The position numbers were made by a program, and so were the translations under genes. From positions 50,637 through 114,636 of IMG/VR virus record IMGVR_UViG_3300021964_012561: a stretch of DNA of 64,000 nt; one strand, 5' to 3'. The notes beneath the pieces were generated by a model. It searched no databases. It saw only the letters and a program-made list of their open reading frames with translations, and was not told the origin of the DNA. This document shows positions 1 to 10,861 of this stretch, piece by piece. The first letter of the stretch is position 1. Every line of letters starts with the position of its first letter. The DNA comes from a virus.

Positions 1-22
1 GATTGGAGATGTAATTGCAAAA

Positions 23-3000
23 ATGAGGACAGCAATGTCAGCACACGCCGATGATATATATGACCAAAGTGTTACCAAAATGAGGCAAAACATAATCGAT
101 AGGGTTGTTGAAAATTCAAACAATATTGTTCGAACACAAATAGATCAACTTTCTGCTGATGCAATTACACTAATAACTGACTATATTATTAATGATTTTA
201 TAGCAAAGGAATTAATTAAGTATACCGGTCAAATTTTTGATCACAAAGAAGAAATTGAAAGAGCTATTGAATTAAATAGGCCTGGCGCTTCGAACGTTAA
301 TGCAATTGAAATGATGGAGCAAGTAGGTAATCTTAATCTTAAAAATTTAATCGGAAATAGAAGGCTTAAAGCGTCAGTCGACAAGTCGACTAATTTTGAA
401 AATATGCTTGACATGATAGGACAATTAAAATCTTATATAAACCTCGAAGACACTATAGATGATTTAGACAATGCAGAAATAGACCGACAAGAAGGCTTTG
501 TTTATGGAACAAAAAAAGGAAGGCTTCAAGAATCATGCCGAATCTTAAAACAAATTAATTTTCCTGGTTGTTTTGGGGTCAATCAAAGAAAACTTAAAAG
601 TGTAGTCGGAAATGAAAACAGGATGATTGGAAGTAATGTTCAAAACGCTTTTAACGCAACAGGATTAGGAAATGGAGAAGCTGCAGCTGAATTAATAGCT
701 GCACTATGTTTTGATCAAGTAATGGGAGCAACAAAGCTTGTTAAATCTTTATTAGACATTGATAACATATTAGAAGACGGAAGAAAATTTGAAACAATTG
801 AAGAGCTTTTTTCGAAAACTTTATTTGATTTTGACACAATACCTTCGCACATGAAAAGGCATGAATTTTATTTTAGAACGAGAAAACAAAAAGGTGGCTC
901 AATTGTAAAACATTTATTTGAAGAAAAGCAATCACCTTATGACGAAAAAACATACATTCCTTATGAGACAAACAATACGATATCTGAAAAACTGTATGAA
1001 GAAAATAATTATTTTCCAGGAGAAGAAATATATTTTACATCAGCACTTAAAAGCAATGACACTAGTTTTGAAGAGCTAGAAAATTTTATAACTAAATTTA
1101 AAACTAAATGGGAAGATTTTTCTACACACTTAATTAAATCAGTAGGTCTAGACTTCGATTTTACCGGTAAAGCATCGTCCCCAGATTTAAATACAATTGA
1201 CCAACTTAACCCTATGAGTTACTTAAATTACTATTTAAATCTTCTAGCTGATGATTTAGAAGCTACTTACATGCATGAAAACGTTGAAAGAAGAAAAAAA
1301 GGATTAGTTAGTTTAGCTATGCTCTTAAATAATGCAAGTAGTTTAAGCAGAACTGTTTCAAGTTATAAGTCAGTTCTAATGAGTACTTTACTTTCAACTT
1401 CTGGCGCAGAGCTTTGGCAATCTGCAGACGAACCGGTTTGGGCATTTAAAGAAGACCAAACATTATCTGATAAGGGTGAAGGTCTAGTCGGAACACTATA
1501 CACAGAGGCAGAGGCACAAACAGAAAAAAGTTTTGTAAAAATACTTGAAGGTTTAGATATTGACGATTATCCTAAATCTACCCGGGAGCATCCAGACGGA
1601 AGAGGGAATTACAATATAACTTTAACAGCGTCGGGTCTAAACCCTGAAGAAGGTGGCATAGGAACTTTAGTACCCGGTAGTAAAATTCTCTTAGGGGATA
1701 CTAATAATTATGTAGCGGGAGAAGATGATAGCACTTTTAAAAGATACTCATATGGTCAAGATGGTCTACTCGGTGGCACTATAGATAATGAACTTATGTC
1801 TACTTTAAACCTTGTTGATCAAGAAGACTGGCAAGGACCTTTAGCCATATTAGGGTTCCTCTTGATCGTTGGCGTATTTGCAATTCCAGGTGTAGGCCCG
1901 GCTGTCGCAGCTGGGCTGGCAAAAATAGGTTTAGGCGGCCTTACTGCTGGTTACGTATCATCCACCTTTGCAATCGGCGCCAGCGGTGCTATTGTGACCG
2001 CCGGCGGCACTTATATAGCAACCGGCTTATCTATAGGTGGCATCGCCATCCTTGCCGGCGGCGGCGCCGCTGCAAGCTATGCAATCGCAACTGCAGTTAC
2101 GGAAGCATCTTATGAAACAGCAAAACCAGTGGGTGTAACGTTAACAGGCTCTTCTAATTATACCTTAGGGACAATAACAAATCAACCCGTTCAAATCAAT
2201 GTTGAAGACAAAGAAAACCTTCCTATGCCTAATATTATGCCAGAAACGGTGTCTCATTTTAATTCTTACTTTTTTAAAAATAGACCAAGCGCAAGTCGAC
2301 CAACAGGATTTTTAGAAATTGAACACCCGGGAGAATTTGGCCATGTTAAAAATTTCAGTGCTGTGCATCGTTCTTTTTTGATGCATTATTTCGCTGTTAA
2401 ATTATTACAAAATACACAGAGGCTAAAGGTTTATATAAATACAGAGAAAAAATTTAAAATATCAATTAAAATCACTAGAATGAAAGGATTAATTAATGCA
2501 TTGAGAGGTAATCAATTATCAAGCGGAGCTGTGCGCAGTGAAATTCGAGCACATACCGAAACGAATAGACTAATTAATCAGATTAAAAGAAAAATTAGAA
2601 AAAGACAAGATTATATTTTAGGTATTATCGGCTCAGTCAATAAAAAAATCTATGAATTAGAAATACAACATAAAAGACTTAAGAGTTTTATAACAACAGC
2701 TGAAGGTCGTTCTCCCCTTTTAAGAGAAAAATTAGAAGAAAATAATTTTTTTGAAGAAACAGTTACGTTATTAAATCCGTCATATGTAGACTATATATCA
2801 AAATCATATTATCAAAATTTTGTTTTAAGCCCTACTTTTGATGATTCTACATTTGCTTTGTACGACAAAGATGTTTTATCTGATTTAAAAATTATGTATC
2901 GAGTTTTGTCATCAACAAACTATGGTTTTCTAGAAAAAGAAAAATTTGGCAGAAAAAATGTTTTTCACATTGGGATTCCTTTAGGTTTGCTTGATTTTCT

Positions 3001-3916
3001 TCGTCGTCAAACATTTAAAGAAACAGGAGATCAGGATTATTTAGATTCAAGTTTAGTTAAAATAACTATTTATAAAAATAATCAAATAAATTCTGAATTA
3101 AGCTACATACCTAAGCAATTTATTTTTGATTTGTCTAAGCATATTTTGCCTTTTATTTATGATCAAACTGGCAAGGCAATTTTTGCCAATCATATCGAAA
3201 ATGCAACAGATGATAAAACCTTAGAAAAAATTATAAATGATATGGAGATTTTTAAGTATAATGATATGTTAAACTTTGGTTTTAAAGCTAACGGATTAGG
3301 ATTAAATGGTATAGTAGGTAATAGAAAGTCATCCGAATCAAATAATTATGATGAAAATTTTAAAAAAGAAGTTTTGCTTAATCATATTTTTGATTACTAT
3401 TTAAAATTGTATACACGATTATCTTGCAATATTGATCTAAACGAATCAAGTTTTTTAATTAACTCTGATAACATTTTTTCAGGAAAATCAGACAATAGAA
3501 TTGCTTCTGAATTTAAATCAGCTATTTATAGAAAATTTTTAAGAGACTATCCAGAAGTTGATGCAAACCCAGCTGAAAAAGAATATTTTTCAAGATCAAT
3601 TAACATGATGAACAATTCATTATTGATGAGTTCAAATAATCGATTAAAAGAAATGATGACAGCGAATTGTTTTGAGAGAATATTTTCAGTATTTGTTAAT
3701 GAAAAAGATTTTTTAATAGATTCTGATAATTCAAGTGCATACTCTGGACAAACTCAGTTTGGTTATACAGGACAATTGCAGCAAGGTACAGTAAACTACA
3801 CAAACGGAACAAGCCCCCAAGGTGAAGAAAACACTTTTGCAAGTGAAGTGTTTAACGAAAAAGAAACAACGATGTCTGGCTTTTCTGTAGAAATAGAAAT
3901 ATTAAAAAAATGGTAA
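23..3916 (+). CDS. Large phage structural/hypothetical protein, probably 5'-truncated; contains a Gly/Ala-rich hydrophobic segment
   Basis: 1297-aa ORF; frame is open back to the window edge and no SD precedes ATG 23; lies upstream of baseplate-type genes. Confidence 0.6.
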   Translation: MRTAMSAHADDIYDQSVTKMRQNIIDRVVENSNNIVRTQIDQLSADAITLITDYIINDFIAKELIKYTGQIFDHKEEIERAIELNRPGASNVNAIEMMEQVGNLNLKNLIGNRRLKASVDKSTNFENMLDMIGQLKSYINLEDTIDDLDNAEIDRQEGFVYGTKKGRLQESCRILKQINFPGCFGVNQRKLKSVVGNENRMIGSNVQNAFNATGLGNGEAAAELIAALCFDQVMGATKLVKSLLDIDNILEDGRKFETIEELFSKTLFDFDTIPSHMKRHEFYFRTRKQKGGSIVKHLFEEKQSPYDEKTYIPYETNNTISEKLYEENNYFPGEEIYFTSALKSNDTSFEELENFITKFKTKWEDFSTHLIKSVGLDFDFTGKASSPDLNTIDQLNPMSYLNYYLNLLADDLEATYMHENVERRKKGLVSLAMLLNNASSLSRTVSSYKSVLMSTLLSTSGAELWQSADEPVWAFKEDQTLSDKGEGLVGTLYTEAEAQTEKSFVKILEGLDIDDYPKSTREHPDGRGNYNITLTASGLNPEEGGIGTLVPGSKILLGDTNNYVAGEDDSTFKRYSYGQDGLLGGTIDNELMSTLNLVDQEDWQGPLAILGFLLIVGVFAIPGVGPAVAAGLAKIGLGGLTAGYVSSTFAIGASGAIVTAGGTYIATGLSIGGIAILAGGGAAASYAIATAVTEASYETAKPVGVTLTGSSNYTLGTITNQPVQINVEDKENLPMPNIMPETVSHFNSYFFKNRPSASRPTGFLEIEHPGEFGHVKNFSAVHRSFLMHYFAVKLLQNTQRLKVYINTEKKFKISIKITRMKGLINALRGNQLSSGAVRSEIRAHTETNRLINQIKRKIRKRQDYILGIIGSVNKKIYELEIQHKRLKSFITTAEGRSPLLREKLEENNFFEETVTLLNPSYVDYISKSYYQNFVLSPTFDDSTFALYDKDVLSDLKIMYRVLSSTNYGFLEKEKFGRKNVFHIGIPLGLLDFLRRQTFKETGDQDYLDSSLVKITIYKNNQINSELSYIPKQFIFDLSKHILPFIYDQTGKAIFANHIENATDDKTLEKIINDMEIFKYNDMLNFGFKANGLGLNGIVGNRKSSESNNYDENFKKEVLLNHIFDYYLKLYTRLSCNIDLNESSFLINSDNIFSGKSDNRIASEFKSAIYRKFLRDYPEVDANPAEKEYFSRSINMMNNSLLMSSNNRLKEMMTANCFERIFSVFVNEKDFLIDSDNSSAYSGQTQFGYTGQLQQGTVNYTNGTSPQGEENTFASEVFNEKETTMSGFSVEIEILKKW

Positions 3917-3929
3917 CAAGGGAGAATTA

Positions 3930-5963
3930 ATGCCTGCAGTTGAAAATGAAGAAGATTTAATTAGAGACAAAGAAATAACAAAAAAAATTGAATCTGCAAA
4001 AGAACTTACAGCAGATCTTCTTAGAAATCCTTCAGAGAGAGTCTCTGACCCAATGATTTCTTCAAACAATCTAACCAAGTCAATTTTATCAAAAACAGTT
4101 TTTAGCTATGATATTCCTGAAGTTGAAAATTTTGAATTAGAATTTGTATATAATTATTTTACTAAAGATGAACGTTTAGCTGATGCTTTAAGTTTAAATA
4201 AAAGAACAATTAACTTAGATGTAGAAAAAACATCTGAAGCATTATATCTTGCTACAAATGAAATGCTACCCAGGTATGTTAAATTTAACTTTAAACCACC
4301 TAGGGATCCAAACACAACTATAGCATCACGAGTTGAAGAATTCTTGACAGAAAACTTAGATAAAATTGTAAAAGAAGGCGGTGCATCTAATAAGTTTTTT
4401 ACTGGAATTGAATTAAAAGACACAGGTGAAGAAAAAGCAATTTATAACAATTTAAAAGTAACTGGGTTTATTACAAGACTAGCTGAACCGGAAGATTCAT
4501 CTCAGTCTGCTGCAAAAAAAATCGCGGATTTGCTTGATGATCCTAACGGTTTAACAGGGTCAGGTAAAAAATTTATTTTAGAATCATTAAATCAGTTAAA
4601 AGACGATCAATTGACTTTTGCTCCATCCGATGTTAGGCCTGAAGTTGCAAAATTTTCAAACAATCCTGTTGGTAGGCAAACATTTTCAGTTAAATTTAAT
4701 AATTTATTTATCAATGACATTGTCAAAAAGGCAAATAGAATGCCTACAGGAGTCTTTCAAGATGAAATTTTTTCATTTTCTAGGCTAACAGAAGATTATC
4801 AAAATAATATTTTGTCAAAAATTGGAAATGATCCTACGAAAATTTATGAAGATGAGTTTATAAACAATGTAACAGCATTTGAAATACTCGCCGGCGATAA
4901 TTCTGGTAATTCTCAAGCTGTAAGAGACATGATAAGAAATAAAGGCTTTGAAATTAAATTATTAGGTTATTTAATTGAAAAGACCGAAATATTCCCTAAT
5001 GAATCAGTTAGAGTATACCCGCCTTTTGTAGTTAATGATCCCCAAAAATTATTTGTTAAGGACGATAATGTAAGATATGGTGGAAACTATACTTATACAA
5101 TTAGAACAATTTGCCAAGTTACAACGCCTGTTGTTAAAATAAATTTAGATGACCCTATTTTAGACGAAATAGTCTTAGCAAGATTTTTAATGACATCTGA
5201 AGGTACAACAAATTCAGTGCTTTGTACGGAAAAAGTACCACCGCCTGTACCAACTGCGATTAGACCTAGGTTTGATTTTAAACTTAAGCAACCTATTATA
5301 AATTGGCAATTTCCTGTTAATCCACAACGTGACATTAAAAGATTCCAAATTTTTAAAAGGCACAACATTAATGAACCTTTTACTTTAGTTGCTGAATATG
5401 ATTTTGATGATTCTTTATCTAGAACAAATGTAAATGAAAAAGCGCTAGATAAAAATTTAATAAAAATGCAATTTCCTAAAACTAGTTTTATAGATAAAAA
5501 ATTTAGTATTGCATCAACTCCAATTTATGCCATTGCTAGTGTCGACGCACATGGAATGACATCAAACTTAAGTACACAAATACAAGTTCGCTATGATAAA
5601 ATTAAAAACAAATTAATTTCAAAATTAATCAGTAGAGAAGGTGCACCAAAGCAATATCCAAACATTTACTTAGAAGACGATACGTTTAAAGATGTAATAA
5701 GCGTAAGTAATTATAAAAGAATGCATTTGTTTTTTGATCCTGAGTATTATAGGGTTTTAAAAAATGATACATCAGGCAATCAAGAGAACTTAATTATTGA
5801 AAAAGACTTAAAATTAATTGCAGCTAATCCGGATAATTCAACTTATTCAATTCAAATTTTAAATTTAGATATGCAAAAAGATGGAATAATTAATATTAAA
5901 ATCAAAGACGAATCTGCAATGCCGCAGAGAGTCTCTTCGACTACAATTGTCAACAATAATTGA
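3930..5963 (+). CDS. Putative virion structural protein with beta-sandwich/FN3-like C-terminal half
   Basis: 677-aa ORF, SD GGGAG; motifs DDNVRYGGNYTYTIRTI, EKVPPPVP and YAIASVDAHG resemble FN3 strands. Confidence 0.5.
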   Translation: MPAVENEEDLIRDKEITKKIESAKELTADLLRNPSERVSDPMISSNNLTKSILSKTVFSYDIPEVENFELEFVYNYFTKDERLADALSLNKRTINLDVEKTSEALYLATNEMLPRYVKFNFKPPRDPNTTIASRVEEFLTENLDKIVKEGGASNKFFTGIELKDTGEEKAIYNNLKVTGFITRLAEPEDSSQSAAKKIADLLDDPNGLTGSGKKFILESLNQLKDDQLTFAPSDVRPEVAKFSNNPVGRQTFSVKFNNLFINDIVKKANRMPTGVFQDEIFSFSRLTEDYQNNILSKIGNDPTKIYEDEFINNVTAFEILAGDNSGNSQAVRDMIRNKGFEIKLLGYLIEKTEIFPNESVRVYPPFVVNDPQKLFVKDDNVRYGGNYTYTIRTICQVTTPVVKINLDDPILDEIVLARFLMTSEGTTNSVLCTEKVPPPVPTAIRPRFDFKLKQPIINWQFPVNPQRDIKRFQIFKRHNINEPFTLVAEYDFDDSLSRTNVNEKALDKNLIKMQFPKTSFIDKKFSIASTPIYAIASVDAHGMTSNLSTQIQVRYDKIKNKLISKLISREGAPKQYPNIYLEDDTFKDVISVSNYKRMHLFFDPEYYRVLKNDTSGNQENLIIEKDLKLIAANPDNSTYSIQILNLDMQKDGIINIKIKDESAMPQRVSSTTIVNNN

Positions 5964-6030
5964 CAAAACTTAAAAAAAATTTACTTATAAAAAAAAATAG
6001 TTAATATTTAGCAAATAATAGGAGAAAATA

Positions 6031-6714
6031 ATGGGTTTTTTAGATCACAGTACAAATAACATTATTGTTGATGCTGTTTTGACTGACATAGGTCGTCAAT
6101 CGTTAGCAAGAAATGATGGATCTTTTAGCATTTATCAGTTCGCATTAGCAGATGATGAAGTAGATTATGAGATTATTAAACAATTTGGAAGAACTGTAGG
6201 TAAAGAAAAGATTGAAAAAAATACTCCAGTGTTAGAAGCATTAACGCAAGGTAGTTTAGCTTTAAAATATCCGCTAATAAGTGTTTCAAACGAATTTATG
6301 ACACACCTACCGTCAATGACGATAGATGCAACATCACCAGTTACTTTTGACAGAAATTCAAATATTACGCTTAAAGAAATTAAAGTTGACATTGCAACTA
6401 CAACTGGTGTTGAAATTGAATTTGATTTATTAGATGCAGAACTAATGGTTGAAGTAAATAACATCTTTTTAAGACTATCAGGTGAAGCTCCAGACATTAT
6501 TTATACTGACAATATTGCTGTATATCGATATCCAACCGAACAAGAATCAGCAGGTGACACAATTACTACTCGAATACCTCTTGTAAGAAAGGATTTTTCT
6601 CAAACAACTTTTAACACATATAAAGTTTCTGGCCAGAGTTACATAAGAACTTATGTTAAAGTAACCGGTCTAAATTCAGGATTAAGCAAAACTTTTGAAG
6701 TACAAATATCATAG
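6031..6714 (+). CDS. Baseplate/tail-collar-type structural protein
   Basis: SD AGGAG; N-terminus VDAVLTDIGRQSLA..FSIYQFALADDEVDY resembles the N-terminal half of tail-collar/fibre-attachment domains. Confidence 0.55.
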   Translation: MGFLDHSTNNIIVDAVLTDIGRQSLARNDGSFSIYQFALADDEVDYEIIKQFGRTVGKEKIEKNTPVLEALTQGSLALKYPLISVSNEFMTHLPSMTIDATSPVTFDRNSNITLKEIKVDIATTTGVEIEFDLLDAELMVEVNNIFLRLSGEAPDIIYTDNIAVYRYPTEQESAGDTITTRIPLVRKDFSQTTFNTYKVSGQSYIRTYVKVTGLNSGLSKTFEVQIS

Positions 6715-6724
6715 GTGAAAAAAC

Positions 6725-7954
6725 ATGGCAACATTTAAAACAATATCTAGTGCTGATATAAAAACAACTAGATCAAATCTTAATCAATTAATTGATTTTG
6801 TAGAAGAAGATATATCCGGTTCTACTACAAGAAAAACATACGAAGTGTTCGTAACTGGAACAACAGCAGACAATGGTGTTACATCTTCTTTGTATCAAAC
6901 AGTTTTTGATCAAAATTTTCAATTGCAAACTGCAAATGAGCTATTTGATTTAACTGTAGGATTATTTTTTAATGGTGGTTCTGTAACAGGATCTTCTACA
7001 GGAACAGATGACAATGATAAGTTGCTTTTCCCGTCTGAATCTTTAATGATGAGAGAAAAAGTCAATATTTATAGACAATATGCACAGCTGCTTTTAGGAA
7101 ATGCTGAATCTAGATTTGTGGCTCCTTTTGGTAGTACTACTAATAGAGACAATATTGATGAAGCCTTGTTTATAAACTTTAAGCGTCTTTTTGTAAGAGA
7201 TGGAATTAAAAGAGAAACTTTTGCAATGAGATTTTTTCAATCTGCATCTGTTTCTTCGCCATCTTTAGACGGTTTAGGTCCTTCCGGTCAATCTAACATT
7301 TTTAGAGGAACTGTTTCAGGTTCAATGATTATAACAGACGTAGGATCATCTGCAAACATTGAAAGATCTAATACGGGCGGAGATGTAGGTAATTTAGTTA
7401 ACTCAGCAAAAACATCAGAAAGTGTAGGACTTTTATTTTACCAACAAGGTATTGCTGTTTTAGACTTGGCAAAAATTACGTCCGGCTCACAAAAAATGAG
7501 TGGCTCCATAGATGCTGTAGGCAATACAGCAGGAAAGATATTGTTAGGTGCCAACATGCAAGGTAATTTACAAGCTAAGTTTATACCTGATTTTATTGTA
7601 TCCGGATCTATTGATGACATTGTAAAACACGTTTCAACTGTTAGGTTTGGCAGTGGGTCACAAACATTTTTAACATTTCAAAATAACACACAAATTAATT
7701 CAACATTAGTATTTTGCAGAGCAACAGCAGATGAATTTAACTTTTCTTCAAATCCAACATATACAGAGTCATCTGGTAGAATAAAGGTGATCGATTCTAA
7801 TGTAGTAGCTGGAACTCAGAAAGCATTTTCTTTTGTAACAACTGTCGGACTTTATGACGCCAATGAACAACTTCTCGCAGTTGCAAAATTAAGTCGACCT
7901 GTTGAGAAAAATGATGAAAAAGATTTGACCTTTAGAGTGCGATTAGATTTCTAA
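6725..7954 (+). CDS. Baseplate/tail-collar-type structural protein
   Basis: C-terminal VTTVGLYDANEQLLAVAKLSRPVEK..FRVRLDF is typical of the C-terminal half of collar/baseplate wedge domains. Confidence 0.55.
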   Translation: MATFKTISSADIKTTRSNLNQLIDFVEEDISGSTTRKTYEVFVTGTTADNGVTSSLYQTVFDQNFQLQTANELFDLTVGLFFNGGSVTGSSTGTDDNDKLLFPSESLMMREKVNIYRQYAQLLLGNAESRFVAPFGSTTNRDNIDEALFINFKRLFVRDGIKRETFAMRFFQSASVSSPSLDGLGPSGQSNIFRGTVSGSMIITDVGSSANIERSNTGGDVGNLVNSAKTSESVGLLFYQQGIAVLDLAKITSGSQKMSGSIDAVGNTAGKILLGANMQGNLQAKFIPDFIVSGSIDDIVKHVSTVRFGSGSQTFLTFQNNTQINSTLVFCRATADEFNFSSNPTYTESSGRIKVIDSNVVAGTQKAFSFVTTVGLYDANEQLLAVAKLSRPVEKNDEKDLTFRVRLDF

Positions 7955-10299
7955 TGTCTTTTATTAAAATAGGAAACAATTTTTTTGAACAGTCTACCTT
8001 ACTGCTGCGACCTAAAGTTAATTTTGTGTCATCATCGTTAGGTATAACCGGTTCTGAGAAAATTGTTTCTAATTTTTCTAAATGTATTAAACAGATAATA
8101 GACCCAAAAAAGCAAAGTTTAAATCAAGTTAATGATCGCTCATATGACGAATTAGATTTTCAAATTTTAACATATATTGATAATGCTGCCAGTCAAGTAA
8201 GACAAGGATTAAGTTCTAACATAGAAAATTATTTAAATAACTATTTAAATTCTGTTAATGATGCTGTTAATGATGACAGATTTAGTAAATTAATTAATGT
8301 GTTTAGATTTGATGTTCCTGTTTCTTATAATCAAAATTATAATATTAAAAATAATTTAAGAAAAAGTTTAATACCTTTTCATCAGCACAGATATTCAGAT
8401 GCTGGGTTTCATTATACAAATTACAATACATTAAATTTTTATACCGGTTCAGGATCTCCTCACGACTCTTGTTTAATTTATCCAAATAGTAACGACATAT
8501 ACACACCTAGTAAATCTTTTTCATTGAATTTCTGGGTTAATCCTAGATATAGTCAAGATAATAAAAATTTACCATACAGTGCCGGCACAATTTTTCACAT
8601 GTCTTCATCATTATGTGTATCTTTAATCAGTGGCTCTTCATCTGATAAAAATAATTTATCTTCTGATTTTAAAATTATGCTGCAACTAAGTCATAGTGCT
8701 GACTCTCGACCAGACACAATTAATTTTTCTAACTTAATTTATCCAAACGACTTAATTTTTACATCATCTAATACTTTAAAAAAGAACAATTGGCATAACG
8801 TAACAATTAGATGGGGTGCGAATGAGTATGATAATTATGATGGCGCAATTGTAATTGATGAAGTAGCAACAGAATTTAACATACCTTCAAGTTCACTTTT
8901 TCAGTCAAATGAAATAATTACCATAGGAAACTACTTAAATACAGATAAAGTTAATGCAAGTAAATTTTTTAACAATACTGTTGACACTGTTCATGGTTTA
9001 ACTGTACTAAACGAATCAACTTCAGACGAGCCTAGTAATCAAAAAGAAATTTTAAAAAACGGGTTAAACGCCGAAATTCATGATATAAAACTTTTTAACA
9101 AGTATTTAAATGATACAGAAGTCTATTACATTAAAAATTTCGGCATAAAAAAAGAAAAACTTTTAGGCAGCGATTCAGCTAACATTTATTCAAATTTGCT
9201 TTTTTATGTGCCGGTATTCTTTTATCCTATAACTAAAGAAAGAGAAATTTTAGTTACTCCATTTCAAACTATAGCAGGGTCAACTACAAATGATCCTTTT
9301 AATGTCCAATTTTCTTTTGGAGTCGGTGGTAAACACTTAAACTTAGAAAATTTTACACGTGAGTTTATTCAAGGCGAATTTCCTAGGCTACAATCACTAA
9401 CAGGATCAGAGCTGGCAAATACAATTCAAAACATAACGGCAGATCAGTACATTTATCACACAGCGTCGCTAGTCAGAAGAAATAATTTTGTTCTTCCAAA
9501 TGATAATGGTTTGTTTCAACCTGATTATTATGCAATTCAGGCATCTCCAGCGTCTAGTAGTAATAGTTATAAAAAGACTGGCACTTTTGTAGATTACTCT
9601 AAAATAAACTTAGAAGAATTAATACCGACCAGTTCTTTATTTCCCGGCCTAGTCTTTCAAGATGGGTCAATATTTAATGATATTGTAGGCACTAGGCCAG
9701 AAAATCCAGGTGTGGCTCCAGGATCTGTTTTATCAATTGCACAAAGAACTAGAGACGTTTCTAGTAATGAAATAACTGTATTTGACATATCAAACCTTTT
9801 TTATGGAAACAGAATTAACCCAGGGTCATTTGAAATTATTGACAATAATCTAACAGGGTCAAATCAAAAAGTTAAGATTACATTAAAAGATAACAAAAAA
9901 GGGAGTTTATATAGAGCAGACGCTTTGACTAAACATTCAACATGGAATAACGTAGGTGATATTCTTTATGATGAAGGTATGGTAATTGTCAAGTCTCCTC
10001 ATTTATTTTACTATTGTAAAGATTCAATTGACATGTCGTTTAAGGGTGAACAAAATATTCATACACTTATTTTAAACGTACCCATTGAAAAACAATTATT
10101 TAATTCTTCATCAAACTTTACGTTCCAAACTTTACCACCTAGCAATAACATTAACGATACTGATTTAGAATCTTTTTACATAACAGCAGTTAACATTCAT
10201 GACGATAATTTTAATATTATAATGAAAGCTCATTTCGCTCAGCCTATTTTAAAAACTGAAGATGATGAGTTTGTAATAAGATTAAAACAGGATTTTTAA
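7954..10299 (+). CDS. Structural protein with LamG/concanavalin-like domain and collar-type C-terminus
   Basis: SFSLNFWVNP, NNWHNVTIRW and IHDIKLFNKYL are LamG-like; C-terminus ITAVNIHDDNFNIIMKAHFAQPILK..IRLKQDF is paralogous to the previous ORF. Confidence 0.55.
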   Translation: MSFIKIGNNFFEQSTLLLRPKVNFVSSSLGITGSEKIVSNFSKCIKQIIDPKKQSLNQVNDRSYDELDFQILTYIDNAASQVRQGLSSNIENYLNNYLNSVNDAVNDDRFSKLINVFRFDVPVSYNQNYNIKNNLRKSLIPFHQHRYSDAGFHYTNYNTLNFYTGSGSPHDSCLIYPNSNDIYTPSKSFSLNFWVNPRYSQDNKNLPYSAGTIFHMSSSLCVSLISGSSSDKNNLSSDFKIMLQLSHSADSRPDTINFSNLIYPNDLIFTSSNTLKKNNWHNVTIRWGANEYDNYDGAIVIDEVATEFNIPSSSLFQSNEIITIGNYLNTDKVNASKFFNNTVDTVHGLTVLNESTSDEPSNQKEILKNGLNAEIHDIKLFNKYLNDTEVYYIKNFGIKKEKLLGSDSANIYSNLLFYVPVFFYPITKEREILVTPFQTIAGSTTNDPFNVQFSFGVGGKHLNLENFTREFIQGEFPRLQSLTGSELANTIQNITADQYIYHTASLVRRNNFVLPNDNGLFQPDYYAIQASPASSSNSYKKTGTFVDYSKINLEELIPTSSLFPGLVFQDGSIFNDIVGTRPENPGVAPGSVLSIAQRTRDVSSNEITVFDISNLFYGNRINPGSFEIIDNNLTGSNQKVKITLKDNKKGSLYRADALTKHSTWNNVGDILYDEGMVIVKSPHLFYYCKDSIDMSFKGEQNIHTLILNVPIEKQLFNSSSNFTFQTLPPSNNINDTDLESFYITAVNIHDDNFNIIMKAHFAQPILKTEDDEFVIRLKQDF

Positions 10300-10300
10300 A

Positions 10301-10849
10301 TTGCTATTATCATTAGATATATCCACGTCAATAACTGGGTTTTGTGTTTTCAACAAATGGAATTGCGTGCACATTGGCCACATTGACTTAAGAAAAGAAA
10401 AAGATTTCTTTAAAAAAGTTGACATGGTAAAAGAAAAAATTGAAGAATTGCATAAACAATACGATTTTAAAGAAGTAGCTATAGAAGAAGCATTTCAATC
10501 CTTTGGGCGAGGATTATCTTCTGCTAAGACTCTGTTTACACTGGCAAAATTTAACGGAATCATCCAATATAATGTATTCTCATTAGGAATCCAACCTACT
10601 GTGATTAACGTGAATAACGCAAGAAAGCTTGTTGGGATTAAAGTTAATAAAAAAGACAAGACTAAAAATACAAAAGAACAAGTTTTGGAGCAAGTACAAC
10701 AATTAAATACAACTCTAACATGGCCTAAAAGAATACTTAAAAGTGGCCCTAGAAAAGGTTTAGAAATTTATGATGACTGTTGCTTTGATAGAGCAGATGC
10801 TTGGGTAATTGGAAAAGCACATTTACTTGAAAATAAAAAAACTGCATAG
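10301..10849 (+). CDS. RuvC-like Holliday junction resolvase
   Basis: LSLDISTSITG (catalytic D), VAIEE and DRADA acidic motifs; TTG start. Confidence 0.8.
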   Translation: MLLSLDISTSITGFCVFNKWNCVHIGHIDLRKEKDFFKKVDMVKEKIEELHKQYDFKEVAIEEAFQSFGRGLSSAKTLFTLAKFNGIIQYNVFSLGIQPTVINVNNARKLVGIKVNKKDKTKNTKEQVLEQVQQLNTTLTWPKRILKSGPRKGLEIYDDCCFDRADAWVIGKAHLLENKKTA

Positions 10850-10855
10850 TAAAAT
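10827..10855 (+). promoter_or_regulatory. Sigma70-type promoter upstream of primase
   Basis: TTGAAA-17 nt-TAAAAT. Confidence 0.45.
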
Positions 10856-10861
10856 AGCAGT

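Noticed and set aside
5961-5990. Read-through of the TGA ending ORF 3930
   Set aside because: An in-frame TAA follows within 9 codons and there is no downstream hairpin.
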